Positions 29,517 to 40,112 of a DNA stretch of 64,000 nt are shown here, in pieces. The stretch comes from Alphaproteobacteria bacterium (GTDB lineage: Bacteria > Pseudomonadota > Alphaproteobacteria > Micavibrionales > UBA2020), in contig DAOMYX010000009.1 in the NCBI GenBank assembly GCA_035437825.1, positions 952-64,951 of the forward strand, in the 5' to 3' direction. A program made the translations under genes and the position numbers. The notes under the pieces are model-generated. The model was not told the origin of the DNA. It did no database searches and saw only the letters and a list, made by a program, of their open reading frames with translations. Position 1 is the first letter of the stretch. Every line of letters begins with the position of its first letter.

Positions 29517-29680
29517 TTGCAAAAGCGGGGGTTTGAGGTTAAAAACGCCCACATCAAACATACGAACAGTTCGTATGTAATTCGCATGCACGCGTGCGCG
29601 GTCTTGTCAAAAAGGTCGCTTCGGTGCCCCAAGGGGCTTCTATCCGCGTGCAGAGGTATAACCGAGAAAGGACTATCCTC
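29517..29680 (+). promoter_or_regulatory. rpsB promoter candidate plus structured leader
   Basis: TTGCAA (29517-29522), 17-nt spacer, TAAAAA (29540-29545). The leader contains a perfect 10-1-10 palindrome ACATACGAAC-a-GTTCGTATGT (29558-29578), GCACGCGTGC, and GCCCC-aa-GGGGC. Confidence 0.4.
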
Positions 29681-30466
29681 ATGACGATGCCCACCTTTAC
29701 CATGCGCCAGCTCCTCGAAGCCGGTGTTCACTTCGGCCACCACACCCGCCGCTGGAACCCCAAGATGAAACCCTACATCTTCGGTGACCGCAACAACGTT
29801 CACATCATCAACCTCGAACTGACGGTTCCGATGCTGTACAACGCGCTGAAAAACCTGCGCGACATCGTTGCTGGCGGCGGCCGCGTCCTGTTCGTCGGCA
29901 CCAAGCGTCAGGCGACCGAGAAAATTGCAGAAACCGCACAGCGCTGCGGCCAGTACTACGTCAACTACCGCTGGCTCGGCGGCATGCTGACGAACTGGAA
30001 CACCATCTCCAACTCCATCAAGCGCCTGCGCGAAGTGGACGAGATGCTGAACAACCCCGAAGTCAAGCACGCCCTGACGAAAAAAGAGCAGCTGAACCTC
30101 GCCCGCGAGAAAGAGAAGCTCGAAAAAACCCTCGGCGGCATTAAAGACATGGGCGGCCTGCCCGATGCCATCGTCGTTATCGACGTGATGAAAGAGTCGA
30201 ACGCCATCCTCGAAGCAAAGCGCCTTGGCGTTCCTGTTTTCGGCGTTGTCGATACGAACTGCGATCCCGATGGCGTGGATTTCATGATCCCCGGCAACGA
30301 CGACGCAACCCGCGCCATCAACCTGTATTGCGACCTGTTCGCTGAAACGGTTCTGGACGGCCTGCAGGCAGAAGTCACGAAGTCCGGCAAGGACGTCGGC
30401 GCTTCCGAAAACCCGACCGCTGAAAACCTCGAAGAGGTTGAAGCCAAGGCTGCCGCTGCCGGCTAA
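29681..30466 (+). CDS. rpsB: 30S ribosomal protein S2
   Basis: [27 protein letters not shown] 29681 is preferred over the track start at 29594. Confidence 0.97.
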   Translation: MTMPTFTMRQLLEAGVHFGHHTRRWNPKMKPYIFGDRNNVHIINLELTVPMLYNALKNLRDIVAGGGRVLFVGTKRQATEKIAETAQRCGQYYVNYRWLGGMLTNWNTISNSIKRLREVDEMLNNPEVKHALTKKEQLNLAREKEKLEKTLGGIKDMGGLPDAIVVIDVMKESNAILEAKRLGVPVFGVVDTNCDPDGVDFMIPGNDDATRAINLYCDLFAETVLDGLQAEVTKSGKDVGASENPTAENLEEVEAKAAAAG

Positions 30467-30563
30467 TCACCCCTTTTACAGGGGCATGAAACCATCCACT
30501 TAAATGGCCTCCCCCGGCTTTTGCGGCCGGGGGATGGCTTACAACAGAGAGGGACACAGAAAA

Positions 30564-31487
30564 ATGACCGAAGTAACCGCATCGATGGTGAAAGAACTGC
30601 GCGAAAAATCCGGCGCAGGTATGCTGGATTGCAAAAAAGCGCTGGCTGAAAACAACGGCGATATCGACGCCGCCATGGACTTCTTGCGCAAAAAAGGCCT
30701 CGCCTCCGCTGCCAAGAAATCCAGCCGCGCTGCTGCCGAAGGTCTCGTCAGCGTTGCTGCAAACGGCAACACCGGCGTTATCATCGAGCTGAACGCAGAA
30801 ACTGACTTCGTTGCCCGCAACGACCAGTTCCAGACGTTCCTGTCGCAACTGACGGATGCCGCGCTTTCGACCAAAACCGGCGACGTTGAAGCGCTGAAAA
30901 AACTGCAAGTCGCAGGCAAAGCTGCTGAAGAAGGCCTGACCGAGCTTATCGCCAACATCGGCGAGAACATGACCCTGCGCCGCTCCCAGCTGCTCAGCGT
31001 ATCGAACGGCGTGGTTGCGACCTACGTTCACAACGCGCTGCAGCCCAACCGCGGCAAAATCGGCGTTCTGGTTGCGCTCGAATCCACCGGCGACGCCGAC
31101 AAACTCGGCGCACTTGGCCGCCAGCTGGCGATGCACATCGCGGCTGCACGCCCCGAAGCGCTGACCGTCGAAGAGCTGAACCCCGAGACCGTCGCGCGCG
31201 AGCGTGCTGTGCATGCCGACAAGGCAACGCAAAGCGGCAAGCCTGCCGACATCGTCGAGAAGATGGTCGAAGGTTCCATGCGCAAATACTACGAGCAGGT
31301 CGTTCTGATGAACCAGACCTACATCATCGATGGCGAGAACAAAATCTCCGCCGTCATTGAAAAAGCCGCCAAAGACATCGGCGCCCCTGTGAAGCTGGCT
31401 CAATACGTCCGCTTCGAACTGGGCGAAGGCGTTGAAAAAGCCGCTGACGATTTCGCATCCGAAGTCGCCAAAATGGCCAACGGCTAA
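30564..31487 (+). CDS. tsf: translation elongation factor Ts
   Basis: MVKELREKSGAGMLDCKKAL N-terminus. GAGAGGGA RBS upstream of ATG 30564. Confidence 0.97.
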   Translation: MTEVTASMVKELREKSGAGMLDCKKALAENNGDIDAAMDFLRKKGLASAAKKSSRAAAEGLVSVAANGNTGVIIELNAETDFVARNDQFQTFLSQLTDAALSTKTGDVEALKKLQVAGKAAEEGLTELIANIGENMTLRRSQLLSVSNGVVATYVHNALQPNRGKIGVLVALESTGDADKLGALGRQLAMHIAAARPEALTVEELNPETVARERAVHADKATQSGKPADIVEKMVEGSMRKYYEQVVLMNQTYIIDGENKISAVIEKAAKDIGAPVKLAQYVRFELGEGVEKAADDFASEVAKMANG

Positions 31488-31506
31488 GACTTATACGCTT
31501 TGCCGC

Positions 31507-31542
31507 GTCACTTTGTCCCGCACCATACCGGGACAGGGTGAC
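31507..31542 (+). other. 14-bp RNA hairpin in the tsf 3' region
   Basis: GTCACTTTGTCCCG-caccatac-CGGGACAGGGTGAC has two G-U pairs that exist only on the + strand. No U-tract follows. Confidence 0.45.
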
Positions 31543-31662
31543 GCCGGCGGGGCGGCTACGGACTTGGATACCGGATGCGCAGTATGGTCACGATAAGATA
31601 AAGACTTCTCTCCCCGCCGTTCAGGCGGCAGACTTCGGGTTCAGACACACAGGGGTTTCATC

Positions 31663-32394
31663 ATGTCCGCACCGCGTTTCAAACGTGTTCTTCTTAAAAT
31701 CTCCGGCGAAGCTTTGATGGGGGAAGGGGAATACGGCATTGAAACCGACATGGTCAACCGCATCGCCCGCGACATCAAGGAAGTAACCGACCTCGGCGTC
31801 GAGGTTTGCCTGGTGGTCGGCGGCGGCAATATCTTCCGCGGTGTTTCCGGCGCGGCTGTGGGCATGGACCGCTCGGCGGCCGATTACATGGGCATGCTGG
31901 CAACCGTTATCAATTCCCTCGCGCTGCAAAATGCGCTTGAAAAACTCGGCGTCAGCACGCGCGTACAATCCGCCATTCCGATGTCCAGCGTGTGCGAACC
32001 CTATATCCGCCGCAAGGCCGTGCGCCACATGGAAAAAGGCCGCGTGGTCATTTTCGCCGCCGGTACCGGCAACCCGTTTTTCACCACCGACACCGCCGCG
32101 GCGCTGCGCGCATCCGAAATGGGTTGCGATGCGCTGCTCAAAGGCACCAAGGTCGATGGCGTCTATACCGCCGACCCCATCAAAGTACCGACCGCGAAAA
32201 AATTCGACAAGCTGACCTATCTGGAAGTGCTGTCGAACGATTTGGGCGTCATGGATGCTTCCGCCATTTCGCTGGCGCGTGAAAACAATATTCCCGTCAT
32301 CGTTTTCTCCATCAAGCAACCGGGCGCTTTTGCCGAGCTGATGCAGGGACGTGGCGCATACACCATCGTAGCAAAAGAGGTTCAAAATGGATAA
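31663..32394 (+). CDS. pyrH: UMP kinase
   Basis: [31 protein letters not shown]. Confidence 0.97.
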   Translation: MSAPRFKRVLLKISGEALMGEGEYGIETDMVNRIARDIKEVTDLGVEVCLVVGGGNIFRGVSGAAVGMDRSAADYMGMLATVINSLALQNALEKLGVSTRVQSAIPMSSVCEPYIRRKAVRHMEKGRVVIFAAGTGNPFFTTDTAAALRASEMGCDALLKGTKVDGVYTADPIKVPTAKKFDKLTYLEVLSNDLGVMDASAISLARENNIPVIVFSIKQPGAFAELMQGRGAYTIVAKEVQNG

Positions 32395-32944
32395 CATCGA
32401 CATGAACGACCTTGAACGCCGCATGCAAGGCGCGTTCGACTCCCTCAGCAAAGAATTCGCAGGCCTGCGCACCGGCCGCGCTTCCGTCAACCTGCTCGAC
32501 CCCGTTGTGGTCGAAGTTTACGGCGCCAAAATGCCCCTGAACCAAGTCGCGTCCGTCGCCGTGGCCGAACCGCGCCTGCTGACCGTGCAAGTCTGGGATG
32601 CCAACAACACGAAATCCGTTGAAAAGGCGATTGCCAACGCAGGCCTCGGCCTTAACCCGCAGCCGGCTGGCACGCTCATCCGCGTACCGCTGCCGGGTCT
32701 GACCGAAGAGCGCCGCGTGGAGCTGGTGAAAGTCGCCGCCAAATACGCCGAAGCCGGCCGCGTTGCCGTGCGCAACATCCGCCGCGAGGGTATGGATACC
32801 GTCAAGAAACTGCAAAAAGACGGCAAGATGTCCGAAGACGAGCAGAAGAAAAACGAAGAGCGTATCCAGAAAATGACCGACACCTGGGTCAAGAAAATCG
32901 ACGACGCGCTCGCCCACAAAGAACAAGAAATCAAACAGGTATAA
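32387..32944 (+). CDS. frr: ribosome recycling factor
   Basis: 185 aa with [11 protein letters not shown] and [10 protein letters not shown] motifs; overlaps the pyrH end. Confidence 0.97.
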   Translation: MDNIDMNDLERRMQGAFDSLSKEFAGLRTGRASVNLLDPVVVEVYGAKMPLNQVASVAVAEPRLLTVQVWDANNTKSVEKAIANAGLGLNPQPAGTLIRVPLPGLTEERRVELVKVAAKYAEAGRVAVRNIRREGMDTVKKLQKDGKMSEDEQKKNEERIQKMTDTWVKKIDDALAHKEQEIKQV

Positions 32945-32963
32945 GCCGGAGAGGGCTTTCGCG

Positions 32964-33710
32964 ATGTCCCAGCCGGACACCACCGCCGCATTGCCGCGCC
33001 ACGTCGCCATTATCATGGACGGGAACGGCCGCTGGGCGGCGGCGCGCGGACTGAGCCGTATCGAAGGCCACAAAAAAGGCGCCGAAGCCGCACAGCGTGC
33101 CGTCGAGGCCGCGCGCGAGCTTGGTATCCGCTATATCACCCTGTTTGGCTTTTCATCCGAAAACTGGAACCGCCCGACGGCGGAGGTGGAAGGGCTGATG
33201 GCGCTTTTGCGCTATTACCTCAAAAAAGAAACCGATGCGCTGCATAAATCAGGCGCGCGTTTGCGCGTCATCGGCGACCGCAGCCGCTTGCCCAAAGACA
33301 TCGTGGAGATGATAGAGCAGGCGGAGAGCATCACCGGCGGCAACGATGGTTTAACGGTCGTTATCGCGCTGAGCTATGGCGGGCGGCAGGATATTGTTTT
33401 CGCCGCGCGCGAAGTGGCCAAGGCCGCAGCCGCAGGCAAAATCGCGCCTGAAAAAATCAGCGAGGATATTTTCGCAAGCTATCTGATGACAGCGGATATT
33501 CCCGACCCCGATTTGATGATACGCACCAGCGGCGAAAGCCGTATCAGCAATTTCCTGCTGTGGCAGCTGGCCTATGCGGAGATGTTTTTTACGAATACCC
33601 TCTGGCCTGATTTCAGCCGCGTCGATATGGAAGCCGCGCTGGCGTGTTTCGCCAACCGCGAGCGACGCTATGGCGGGTTGCCGCCGTGCAAAACTGGACA
33701 AAGCGCCTGA
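32964..33710 (+). CDS. uppS: di-trans,poly-cis-undecaprenyl-diphosphate synthase
   Basis: HVAIIMDGNGRWA and RTSGESRISNFLLWQ motifs. Confidence 0.96.
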   Translation: MSQPDTTAALPRHVAIIMDGNGRWAAARGLSRIEGHKKGAEAAQRAVEAARELGIRYITLFGFSSENWNRPTAEVEGLMALLRYYLKKETDALHKSGARLRVIGDRSRLPKDIVEMIEQAESITGGNDGLTVVIALSYGGRQDIVFAAREVAKAAAAGKIAPEKISEDIFASYLMTADIPDPDLMIRTSGESRISNFLLWQLAYAEMFFTNTLWPDFSRVDMEAALACFANRERRYGGLPPCKTGQSA

Positions 33711-33745
33711 GTTCCTCTCGGGCTTTACATGCAAGGAATAAAAGC

Positions 33746-34630
33746 ATGACCACAGATGCAACCCCCGCAAATGCCGCCGAGGCAAAACCGCCCGTAAACA
33801 GCTCGCTGAAAGAACGCGCCAAAGGCGCCTTGATGTTCGCGCCGCCCGTGCTGTTTATTATCTGGTGGGGCGGGGCGCCCTTCGCCTGGATGATGGCGGC
33901 GGCGGCCGGCATCGGCGCCTATGAATGGTCGCGCATGGTGATGACGGGAAAAGACAATGTGCCTGCACATCTGGTCACGCTGGCAACGTCATGCACGGCG
34001 CTGGCCGCGCTGGTCAGCTATATGGTGATGAACCCTGTGCTGGCGGCGCTGTTTCTGCTGGCGCTGTCGGTTCTGGTTTTCGCCTATAACTTTTCGCAAA
34101 ACGGGCCGAAGCCGTGGCTGCTGATTTTCGGCATGCTTTACGTCGGCTTTGCGCTGTCGATGATGATATGGCTGCGCGACGGCGGGGCGCTGTCGGGGCT
34201 TTATCATTTCTGCACGCTGCTGTTTATCGTATGGGCGAGCGATATTTGCGCCTATTTCACCGGCCGCACGCTGGGCGGGCCGAAACTGGCGCCGTCTATC
34301 AGCCCCAAGAAAACATGGTCGGGCTTTTTTGGCAGCAGCGTCGGCGCGGGGCTTGTTGCCGCAGGCATGGCGGCGCCCTGGACTTTGTCGCTGCTGGGGC
34401 TGGAGGGCGTCACGCTGGGCGGTATGGGGCCGGTCGGCTATTTCGTTCTGGGTTTCGTGCTGGCGATGGTCGGGCAGGCGGGTGATTTGTTCATTTCGAT
34501 TTTCAAACGCCATTTCGGCGTCAAGGATACGGGCGCGCTTATCCCCGGGCATGGCGGCATTCTTGACCGTATCGATGCGCTGATTTTGGTCGCCATTCTG
34601 TTCGGCGCGCTCAAGGCTGCGCTGGGATGA
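33746..34630 (+). CDS. cdsA: phosphatidate cytidylyltransferase
   Basis: Multi-TM protein with C-terminal signature SIFKRHFGVKDTGALIPGHGGILDRID. AAGGAA RBS precedes ATG 33746; the track start at 33644 overlaps uppS. Confidence 0.93.
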   Translation: MTTDATPANAAEAKPPVNSSLKERAKGALMFAPPVLFIIWWGGAPFAWMMAAAAGIGAYEWSRMVMTGKDNVPAHLVTLATSCTALAALVSYMVMNPVLAALFLLALSVLVFAYNFSQNGPKPWLLIFGMLYVGFALSMMIWLRDGGALSGLYHFCTLLFIVWASDICAYFTGRTLGGPKLAPSISPKKTWSGFFGSSVGAGLVAAGMAAPWTLSLLGLEGVTLGGMGPVGYFVLGFVLAMVGQAGDLFISIFKRHFGVKDTGALIPGHGGILDRIDALILVAILFGALKAALG

Positions 34631-35832
34631 ACCGCGCCGCCAGCCAGCCGGAGGCCAAGTCAGAGAGCGCAAAAGATGTGCGCCGCGTGAGTGTGCTGGG
34701 CTCCACCGGTTCTATCGGCAAAAGCACGGTCGATTTGCTGGCAGGGCACCGTGACCGGTTTACTGTCGAAGCGCTGACGGGGCACCGCAACGTGCAGCTG
34801 CTGGCGGAGCAGGCGAAGGCACTGGGCGCGAAGCTGGCCGTTATCGGCGATGCCGCGCTTTATGAAGAATTAAAATCTGCCCTTTCCGGAACAGGCATCG
34901 AAGCCGCCGCGGGTACGGATGCGGTGATTGAGGCCGCAAGCCGCCCTGCGGACTGGCTGATGGCCGCGATTGTCGGCACTGCAGGCCTGCGCCCGACGCT
35001 GGCGGCGATTGCGCAGGGCACGGCGGTGGCGCTGGCCAATAAAGAATCTATCGTGGCAGCAGGCCCTTTGATGCTGGCGGCAGTCGAGGCCGCAGGCGCG
35101 ACGCTGCTGCCGGTGGATAGTGAGCATAATGCGGTGTTTCAGGTTTTTGACCCCGCGCAGCGCGGCGGGGTTGCGCGGATTATCCTGACAGCCTCCGGTG
35201 GGCCTTTCCTGCGCAAATCGCGTGCGGCGCTGGCGACGATTACCCCGGCCGAAGCCGTGCGCCATCCCAACTGGTCGATGGGGGCGAAAATTTCCGTCGA
35301 TAGCGCGACGATGATGAATAAATCTTTGGAAATCATCGAAGCGTCTTATCTTTTTAATCTGCCGGATGAAAAAGTGGACGCGGTTATTCACCCGCAATCT
35401 GTGGTTCACTCAATGGTTGAATATATCGATGGAAGTGTCTTGGCGCAGATGGGGGCGGCCGACATGCGCACCCCCATCGCCCATACGCTTGGCTGGCCGG
35501 AGAGGATTGCGACCACAGGGCAACGGCTTGACCTGTCGGGTATGCTGTCGATGCAGTTTGAACCCGTGGATACCGCGCGCTTTCCGGCAGTGGCACTGGC
35601 GCGGCAGGCGGTGCGGGCGGGGCTGGGGTATCCGGCGGTGCTGAACGCGGCTAACGAAGTCGCGGTCGAAGCGTTCCTGCGCGGTCAGCTTTCTTTCGAT
35701 AAAATCGAAATTCTGGCCGAACAGGCCTTGCAAAGGGTTGATATAGGGCGCATATCAACGCTGGATGACATCATTGCACTGGATGCGGCAACGCGGACTA
35801 TTGCCGAAAACAGTCTGCGGACGCTACAATAG
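34627..35832 (+). CDS. dxr: 1-deoxy-D-xylulose-5-phosphate reductoisomerase
   Basis: VLGSTGSIGKST NADPH motif, LANKESIV, HPNWSMG. Confidence 0.96.
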   Translation: MNRAASQPEAKSESAKDVRRVSVLGSTGSIGKSTVDLLAGHRDRFTVEALTGHRNVQLLAEQAKALGAKLAVIGDAALYEELKSALSGTGIEAAAGTDAVIEAASRPADWLMAAIVGTAGLRPTLAAIAQGTAVALANKESIVAAGPLMLAAVEAAGATLLPVDSEHNAVFQVFDPAQRGGVARIILTASGGPFLRKSRAALATITPAEAVRHPNWSMGAKISVDSATMMNKSLEIIEASYLFNLPDEKVDAVIHPQSVVHSMVEYIDGSVLAQMGAADMRTPIAHTLGWPERIATTGQRLDLSGMLSMQFEPVDTARFPAVALARQAVRAGLGYPAVLNAANEVAVEAFLRGQLSFDKIEILAEQALQRVDIGRISTLDDIIALDAATRTIAENSLRTLQ

Positions 35833-35870
35833 AATAATAATATTTCTTTCGCGCGAGAGGGACGGCCAAC

Positions 35871-37082
35871 ATGGAATTATTGCTCGACATGCTGTCGGTG
35901 CCGGTCAAGTTTTTCAAAGACTACGGCGGACCGTTTATTCTGGTGCTCAGCCTTCTGGTCTTCGTGCACGAATGGGGACATTACATTGTCGCGCGTATGT
36001 GCGGCGTGAAGGTCGTCAGCTTTTCCATCGGCTTTGGCAAGGAATTGTTCGGCTGGACGGACAAGCGCGGCTGCCGCTGGAAATTCAGCCTCGTGCCCCT
36101 TGGCGGTTATGTGCAGATGTTCGGCGATACCGACCCCGCCAGCGCGCAGCACGACGATACCGTTAAAAATGCCGCAGACGACGCCCCCCGCCCCATGACG
36201 GCGGAGGAGCGCAAGGTTGCGTTTTTCGCGCAGCCTGTCGGCCGCCGCGCCGCGATTGTGATTGCAGGGCCTGCCATCAACTACATTTTCGCGATTTTCA
36301 TTCTGGCTGGTCTTTATGTATTTCAAGGCCAGCCCTACATTCCGCCCGTTGCCGCAGGCATTGCCGAAGGCTATCCGGCGGAGCAGGCGGGCATGCGCCC
36401 CGACGACCTGATTGTCGCGATGAACGACACGGAAATCGTCAGCTTCAACGACCTGCGCAAGTTTATGGCCGTAAACCTCGACCAGCCGCTGAAAATGACC
36501 ATCAAGCATTCGACCGCGCCTGGCGAGTGGAACAGCGCGCCCAAAACCGTCGATATCCAGCCGCGTCTGGAATATGAAACCGACCGTTTCGGCTTCCGCC
36601 ACGCCACCGGCCGCCTTGGCATCGTCAGCCCCAAGGGCGCGATGGAAATGCGCGAGCATAATATTGCCAGCGCCTTCTGGTACGCGACATTGGAAACCGT
36701 CAACATCACCGCCGATACGCTGAAGGCGCTCGGCCAGATGGTGCTGGGTATCCGCAGCACGGACGAGCTGGGCGGTATCCTGCGCATCGGCGCCTATGCG
36801 GGCGATTTCGCGCAAAAGGGGCTCGTGGCCTTTATCACCTTCGCCGCGCTTTTGTCGGTGAACCTTGGTTTCATCAACCTGCTGCCGATTCCCATGCTCG
36901 ATGGGGGGCATCTTTTGATGTATGCTATGGAAAAGATACGCGGCCGCCCCCTCAGCGATATGGTGCAGGAATACATGCTGCGCGTGGGTTTGCTGTTTTT
37001 GCTCTTTATTATGGTTTTTGCGACGTGGAATGACCTTGTGCAACTGAAGCTGGTGGACTACGTTAAGAGCCTGATTTCTTAA
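35871..37082 (+). CDS. rseP: RIP zinc metalloprotease RseP
   Basis: HEWGHYIVAR active site, central PDZ region, NLLPIPMLDGGH motif. Confidence 0.95.
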   Translation: MELLLDMLSVPVKFFKDYGGPFILVLSLLVFVHEWGHYIVARMCGVKVVSFSIGFGKELFGWTDKRGCRWKFSLVPLGGYVQMFGDTDPASAQHDDTVKNAADDAPRPMTAEERKVAFFAQPVGRRAAIVIAGPAINYIFAIFILAGLYVFQGQPYIPPVAAGIAEGYPAEQAGMRPDDLIVAMNDTEIVSFNDLRKFMAVNLDQPLKMTIKHSTAPGEWNSAPKTVDIQPRLEYETDRFGFRHATGRLGIVSPKGAMEMREHNIASAFWYATLETVNITADTLKALGQMVLGIRSTDELGGILRIGAYAGDFAQKGLVAFITFAALLSVNLGFINLLPIPMLDGGHLLMYAMEKIRGRPLSDMVQEYMLRVGLLFLLFIMVFATWNDLVQLKLVDYVKSLIS

Positions 37083-37139
37083 TACAAAAAACAACAAACC
37101 TTAACGTACCTGTTACGTCACGAAGCGCACGACTGGATC

Positions 37140-39452
37140 ATGAACACATTTCGCTCCCCGACACCGAAGATGCCGGCGATTTGCCGCACGGTCGCCTGTT
37201 TCGGCCTGTGGCTTTTTGTCATGCTGGCTGCGCCCACGCTTGCCCACGCGCAGGGCGCCGATACTATCCGGCAAATTAAAGTCGAAGGCACGCAGCGTAT
37301 CGAGCCTGCAACGGTTTTGTCCTACATATCACTGCAGGCGGGTGACCGTTTTGATACCGTCAAGCTGAACCGTGCGCTGAAATCGCTTTTTGCGACGGGG
37401 CTGTTTGCCGACGTTTCGCTGTATCAGGAGGGGCGCGACCTTGTCGTCGTGGTGGTCGAAAACCCCATCATCAACGAAATCGCGTTTGAAGGTAACGAGA
37501 AGATTAAAAAAGACGCGCTGATGGCCGAGGTGCAGCTGCGCCCGCGCACCGTTCTGACGCGCACCAAGGTGCAGGCCGATGTGGCGCGCCTGCAGGAAAT
37601 GTACCGCCTGAGCGGCCGTTTTTCCGCCAGTGTCGAGCCGAAAATCATCAAGCTCGACCAGAACCGCGTGAACCTTGTTTTCGAAATCAGCGAAGGCCCG
37701 CAAACGCTGATTTCCCGCATTGTTTTTCTGGGTAACAAGCGCTTTGACGATGGCGATTTGCAGCGCGTTATCCGCAGCCGCGAAGACCGCTGGTGGCGTA
37801 TCTGGTCGGGCGCCGATAAATACGACCCCGACCGCGTGGCCTTTGACCGCGAGATGCTGCGCAAATTCTACCTTGAACACGGCTATGCCGATTTTCTGGT
37901 TGAAAGCGCGATTGCCGAGCTGTCGCCTGACCGCAAGCATTTCTATGTCACCTTTACCCTGAACGAAGGGGAACGCTACAAGGTCGGCAAGATTGACGTG
38001 AAGAGCAATTTGCAAGACCTCGACGGCGAAACCTTGCGCTCCGCCCTGACCTTCAAATCGGGCGAGTGGTACAAGGCCAGCGCGATTGAAAACAGCGTCA
38101 ACAAACTGACGGACGAGCTGGGCAACCGCCAGTATGCTTTCGTCGATGTAACGCCGACGGTGGAACGCCGCCGCGACGCACGCGAAATCGACATCGCCTT
38201 CACGATTAACGAAGGCAACAAAGTCTTCGTTGAAAACATCAACATCAACGGCAACGTCCGCACCATGGACGAGGTTATCCGCCGCGAGATGCAGCTGGTC
38301 GAAGGTGACCCCTTCAACGCCGCACGCCTGAAGCGTTCCGAACAAAAGCTGCGCAACTTGACCTATTTCGAAAACGTGCAGGTCAAAACGGCGCGCGGCA
38401 GCAGCCCCGACAAAACCAATATCGACATCAACGTCGCTGAAAAATCCACAGGTGAACTGTCGCTGGGCGGTGGCTATTCGACGTCCGACGGTGTCTTGGG
38501 TGAATTCCGCATCCGCGAGCGTAACTTCCTCGGCAAAGGTCAGGATTTGACCTTGGCGACCACGCTTTCGACACGCCGTTCGCAGTTCGATTTCAGCTTT
38601 ACCGAACCGTATTTCCTGAACCGCGACCTCAGCTTCGGCGTCGATGCCTTCCACATCGTGCGGGACTATCAGGACTACAGCTCGTACGACAGCCGCCGCA
38701 CGGGCGGGGGCTTGCGCCTTGGTTATCCGCTGTCGGAAAGGCTGCGTCATGACCTTGGTTATAGATATGATATTACCGAGATTGAAAACGTTGACCCGAC
38801 GGCTTCGCTGTTCATCCAGCGTCAGGAAGGCCGCCGCAAGACCTCTGCCATCAACCACAAGCTGACCTATGATTCAACCGACAGCCGTCTGGAGCCGACC
38901 GAAGGTATCGTCGCGCGTCTTGAAAACGAAGTCGCGGGCATCGGCGGCGATGCGCGTTACCTGCGCAGCCGCGTCGGCGCGACGGCTTATTTCCCTGTGC
39001 GCGACAAATGGGTGCTGAGCCTGCTTGCTGAAACCGGCTATATTTTCGGCTTCGGCGGCGAAGATTTGCGCATTAACGAACGCTTCTTTATCGGCGGCAC
39101 CACGCTGCGCGGTTTCGAGGAATCGGGTATCGGCCCGCGTGATACGGCCACCGACGACGCGCTGGGCGGGAACTTTTTTGGCCGCGGCTCCGTTGAACTT
39201 GAGTTCCCCTCCGGTCTGCCGGACGATTTGGGTGTCCGCCTGCGTACCTTCAGCGACTTCGGCGTGCTGCGCGAAGTTGACGAAAGCGGTCCCGGCATCG
39301 ACCAGTCCGACCTTATCCGCGTGACGGCGGGTGTGGGGATTTCCTGGCGTTCTCCCTTCGGTCCTGTGCGTATGGATTTTGCCGTGCCGGTCGTGAAGGA
39401 AGATTTCGACAAGGACGAGTTTTTCCGCTTCAGCTTCGGCACGCGTTTCTAA
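37140..39452 (+). CDS. bamA: outer membrane protein assembly factor BamA
   Basis: Signal peptide, five POTRA-like repeats, C-terminal beta-barrel ending FRFSFGTRF. Confidence 0.96.
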   Translation: MNTFRSPTPKMPAICRTVACFGLWLFVMLAAPTLAHAQGADTIRQIKVEGTQRIEPATVLSYISLQAGDRFDTVKLNRALKSLFATGLFADVSLYQEGRDLVVVVVENPIINEIAFEGNEKIKKDALMAEVQLRPRTVLTRTKVQADVARLQEMYRLSGRFSASVEPKIIKLDQNRVNLVFEISEGPQTLISRIVFLGNKRFDDGDLQRVIRSREDRWWRIWSGADKYDPDRVAFDREMLRKFYLEHGYADFLVESAIAELSPDRKHFYVTFTLNEGERYKVGKIDVKSNLQDLDGETLRSALTFKSGEWYKASAIENSVNKLTDELGNRQYAFVDVTPTVERRRDAREIDIAFTINEGNKVFVENININGNVRTMDEVIRREMQLVEGDPFNAARLKRSEQKLRNLTYFENVQVKTARGSSPDKTNIDINVAEKSTGELSLGGGYSTSDGVLGEFRIRERNFLGKGQDLTLATTLSTRRSQFDFSFTEPYFLNRDLSFGVDAFHIVRDYQDYSSYDSRRTGGGLRLGYPLSERLRHDLGYRYDITEIENVDPTASLFIQRQEGRRKTSAINHKLTYDSTDSRLEPTEGIVARLENEVAGIGGDARYLRSRVGATAYFPVRDKWVLSLLAETGYIFGFGGEDLRINERFFIGGTTLRGFEESGIGPRDTATDDALGGNFFGRGSVELEFPSGLPDDLGVRLRTFSDFGVLREVDESGPGIDQSDLIRVTAGVGISWRSPFGPVRMDFAVPVVKEDFDKDEFFRFSFGTRF

Positions 39453-39508
39453 AAAACGCACCGGACAAACATATAAACGTAAAAGGCACTTACAGAAGGT
39501 TTAATGAT

Positions 39509-40099
39509 ATGACACACATCCGCACTTTCACCGCCGCCGTTTTTGCCGTCCTTTTGATGGGCGCGGCGCCGTCTTTTGCCGCAGCCCCCGTAACGGCCGC
39601 GCAGGGCGCCTCCGCCAGCGGCATTGTTTTCGGTATCATGGATTTGGATGGCGTTCTGCGTAAAAGCGCGGCCGGCGAAGATATCCTGAAAACCGTCAAC
39701 GCCAAGCGCAAGGAATACGAAGCGCAAATCACCAAAGAAGAAGAAACGCTGAAAAAGCAAAAAGACGAAATCATCAAAAAACGCGACAAGATGACCGAGG
39801 CCGATTTCGAAAACCAGCGCAAGGAGTTCGAGAAAAAAGCCGCGCAAGGCTTCAAAATGGTGCAGGAGCGTAAACAAACGCTGGATTACGCCTTTAACCA
39901 GGCGATGACCAAACTGCGCGAAGAAACGCTGAAAATCACTGCGGAAATCGCGCGCCTGCGCAGCCTTGATGTCGTCTTCTCCGATGATTCCGTCATTCTG
40001 GCGGAACGCGGCTATGACATTTCCGAAGAAGTTCTGGCGCGTTTGAACAAAGACGTGAAGAAAATCCCCGTCAACTTCGCTTTGCCGAAAAAGAAATAA
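39509..40099 (+). CDS. OmpH/Skp family periplasmic chaperone
   Basis: Signal peptide plus a Lys/Glu-rich coiled-coil body; conserved position between bamA and lpxD. Confidence 0.85.
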   Translation: MTHIRTFTAAVFAVLLMGAAPSFAAAPVTAAQGASASGIVFGIMDLDGVLRKSAAGEDILKTVNAKRKEYEAQITKEEETLKKQKDEIIKKRDKMTEADFENQRKEFEKKAAQGFKMVQERKQTLDYAFNQAMTKLREETLKITAEIARLRSLDVVFSDDSVILAERGYDISEEVLARLNKDVKKIPVNFALPKKK

Positions 40100-40112
40100 G
40101 CGGGAGAGTGGC

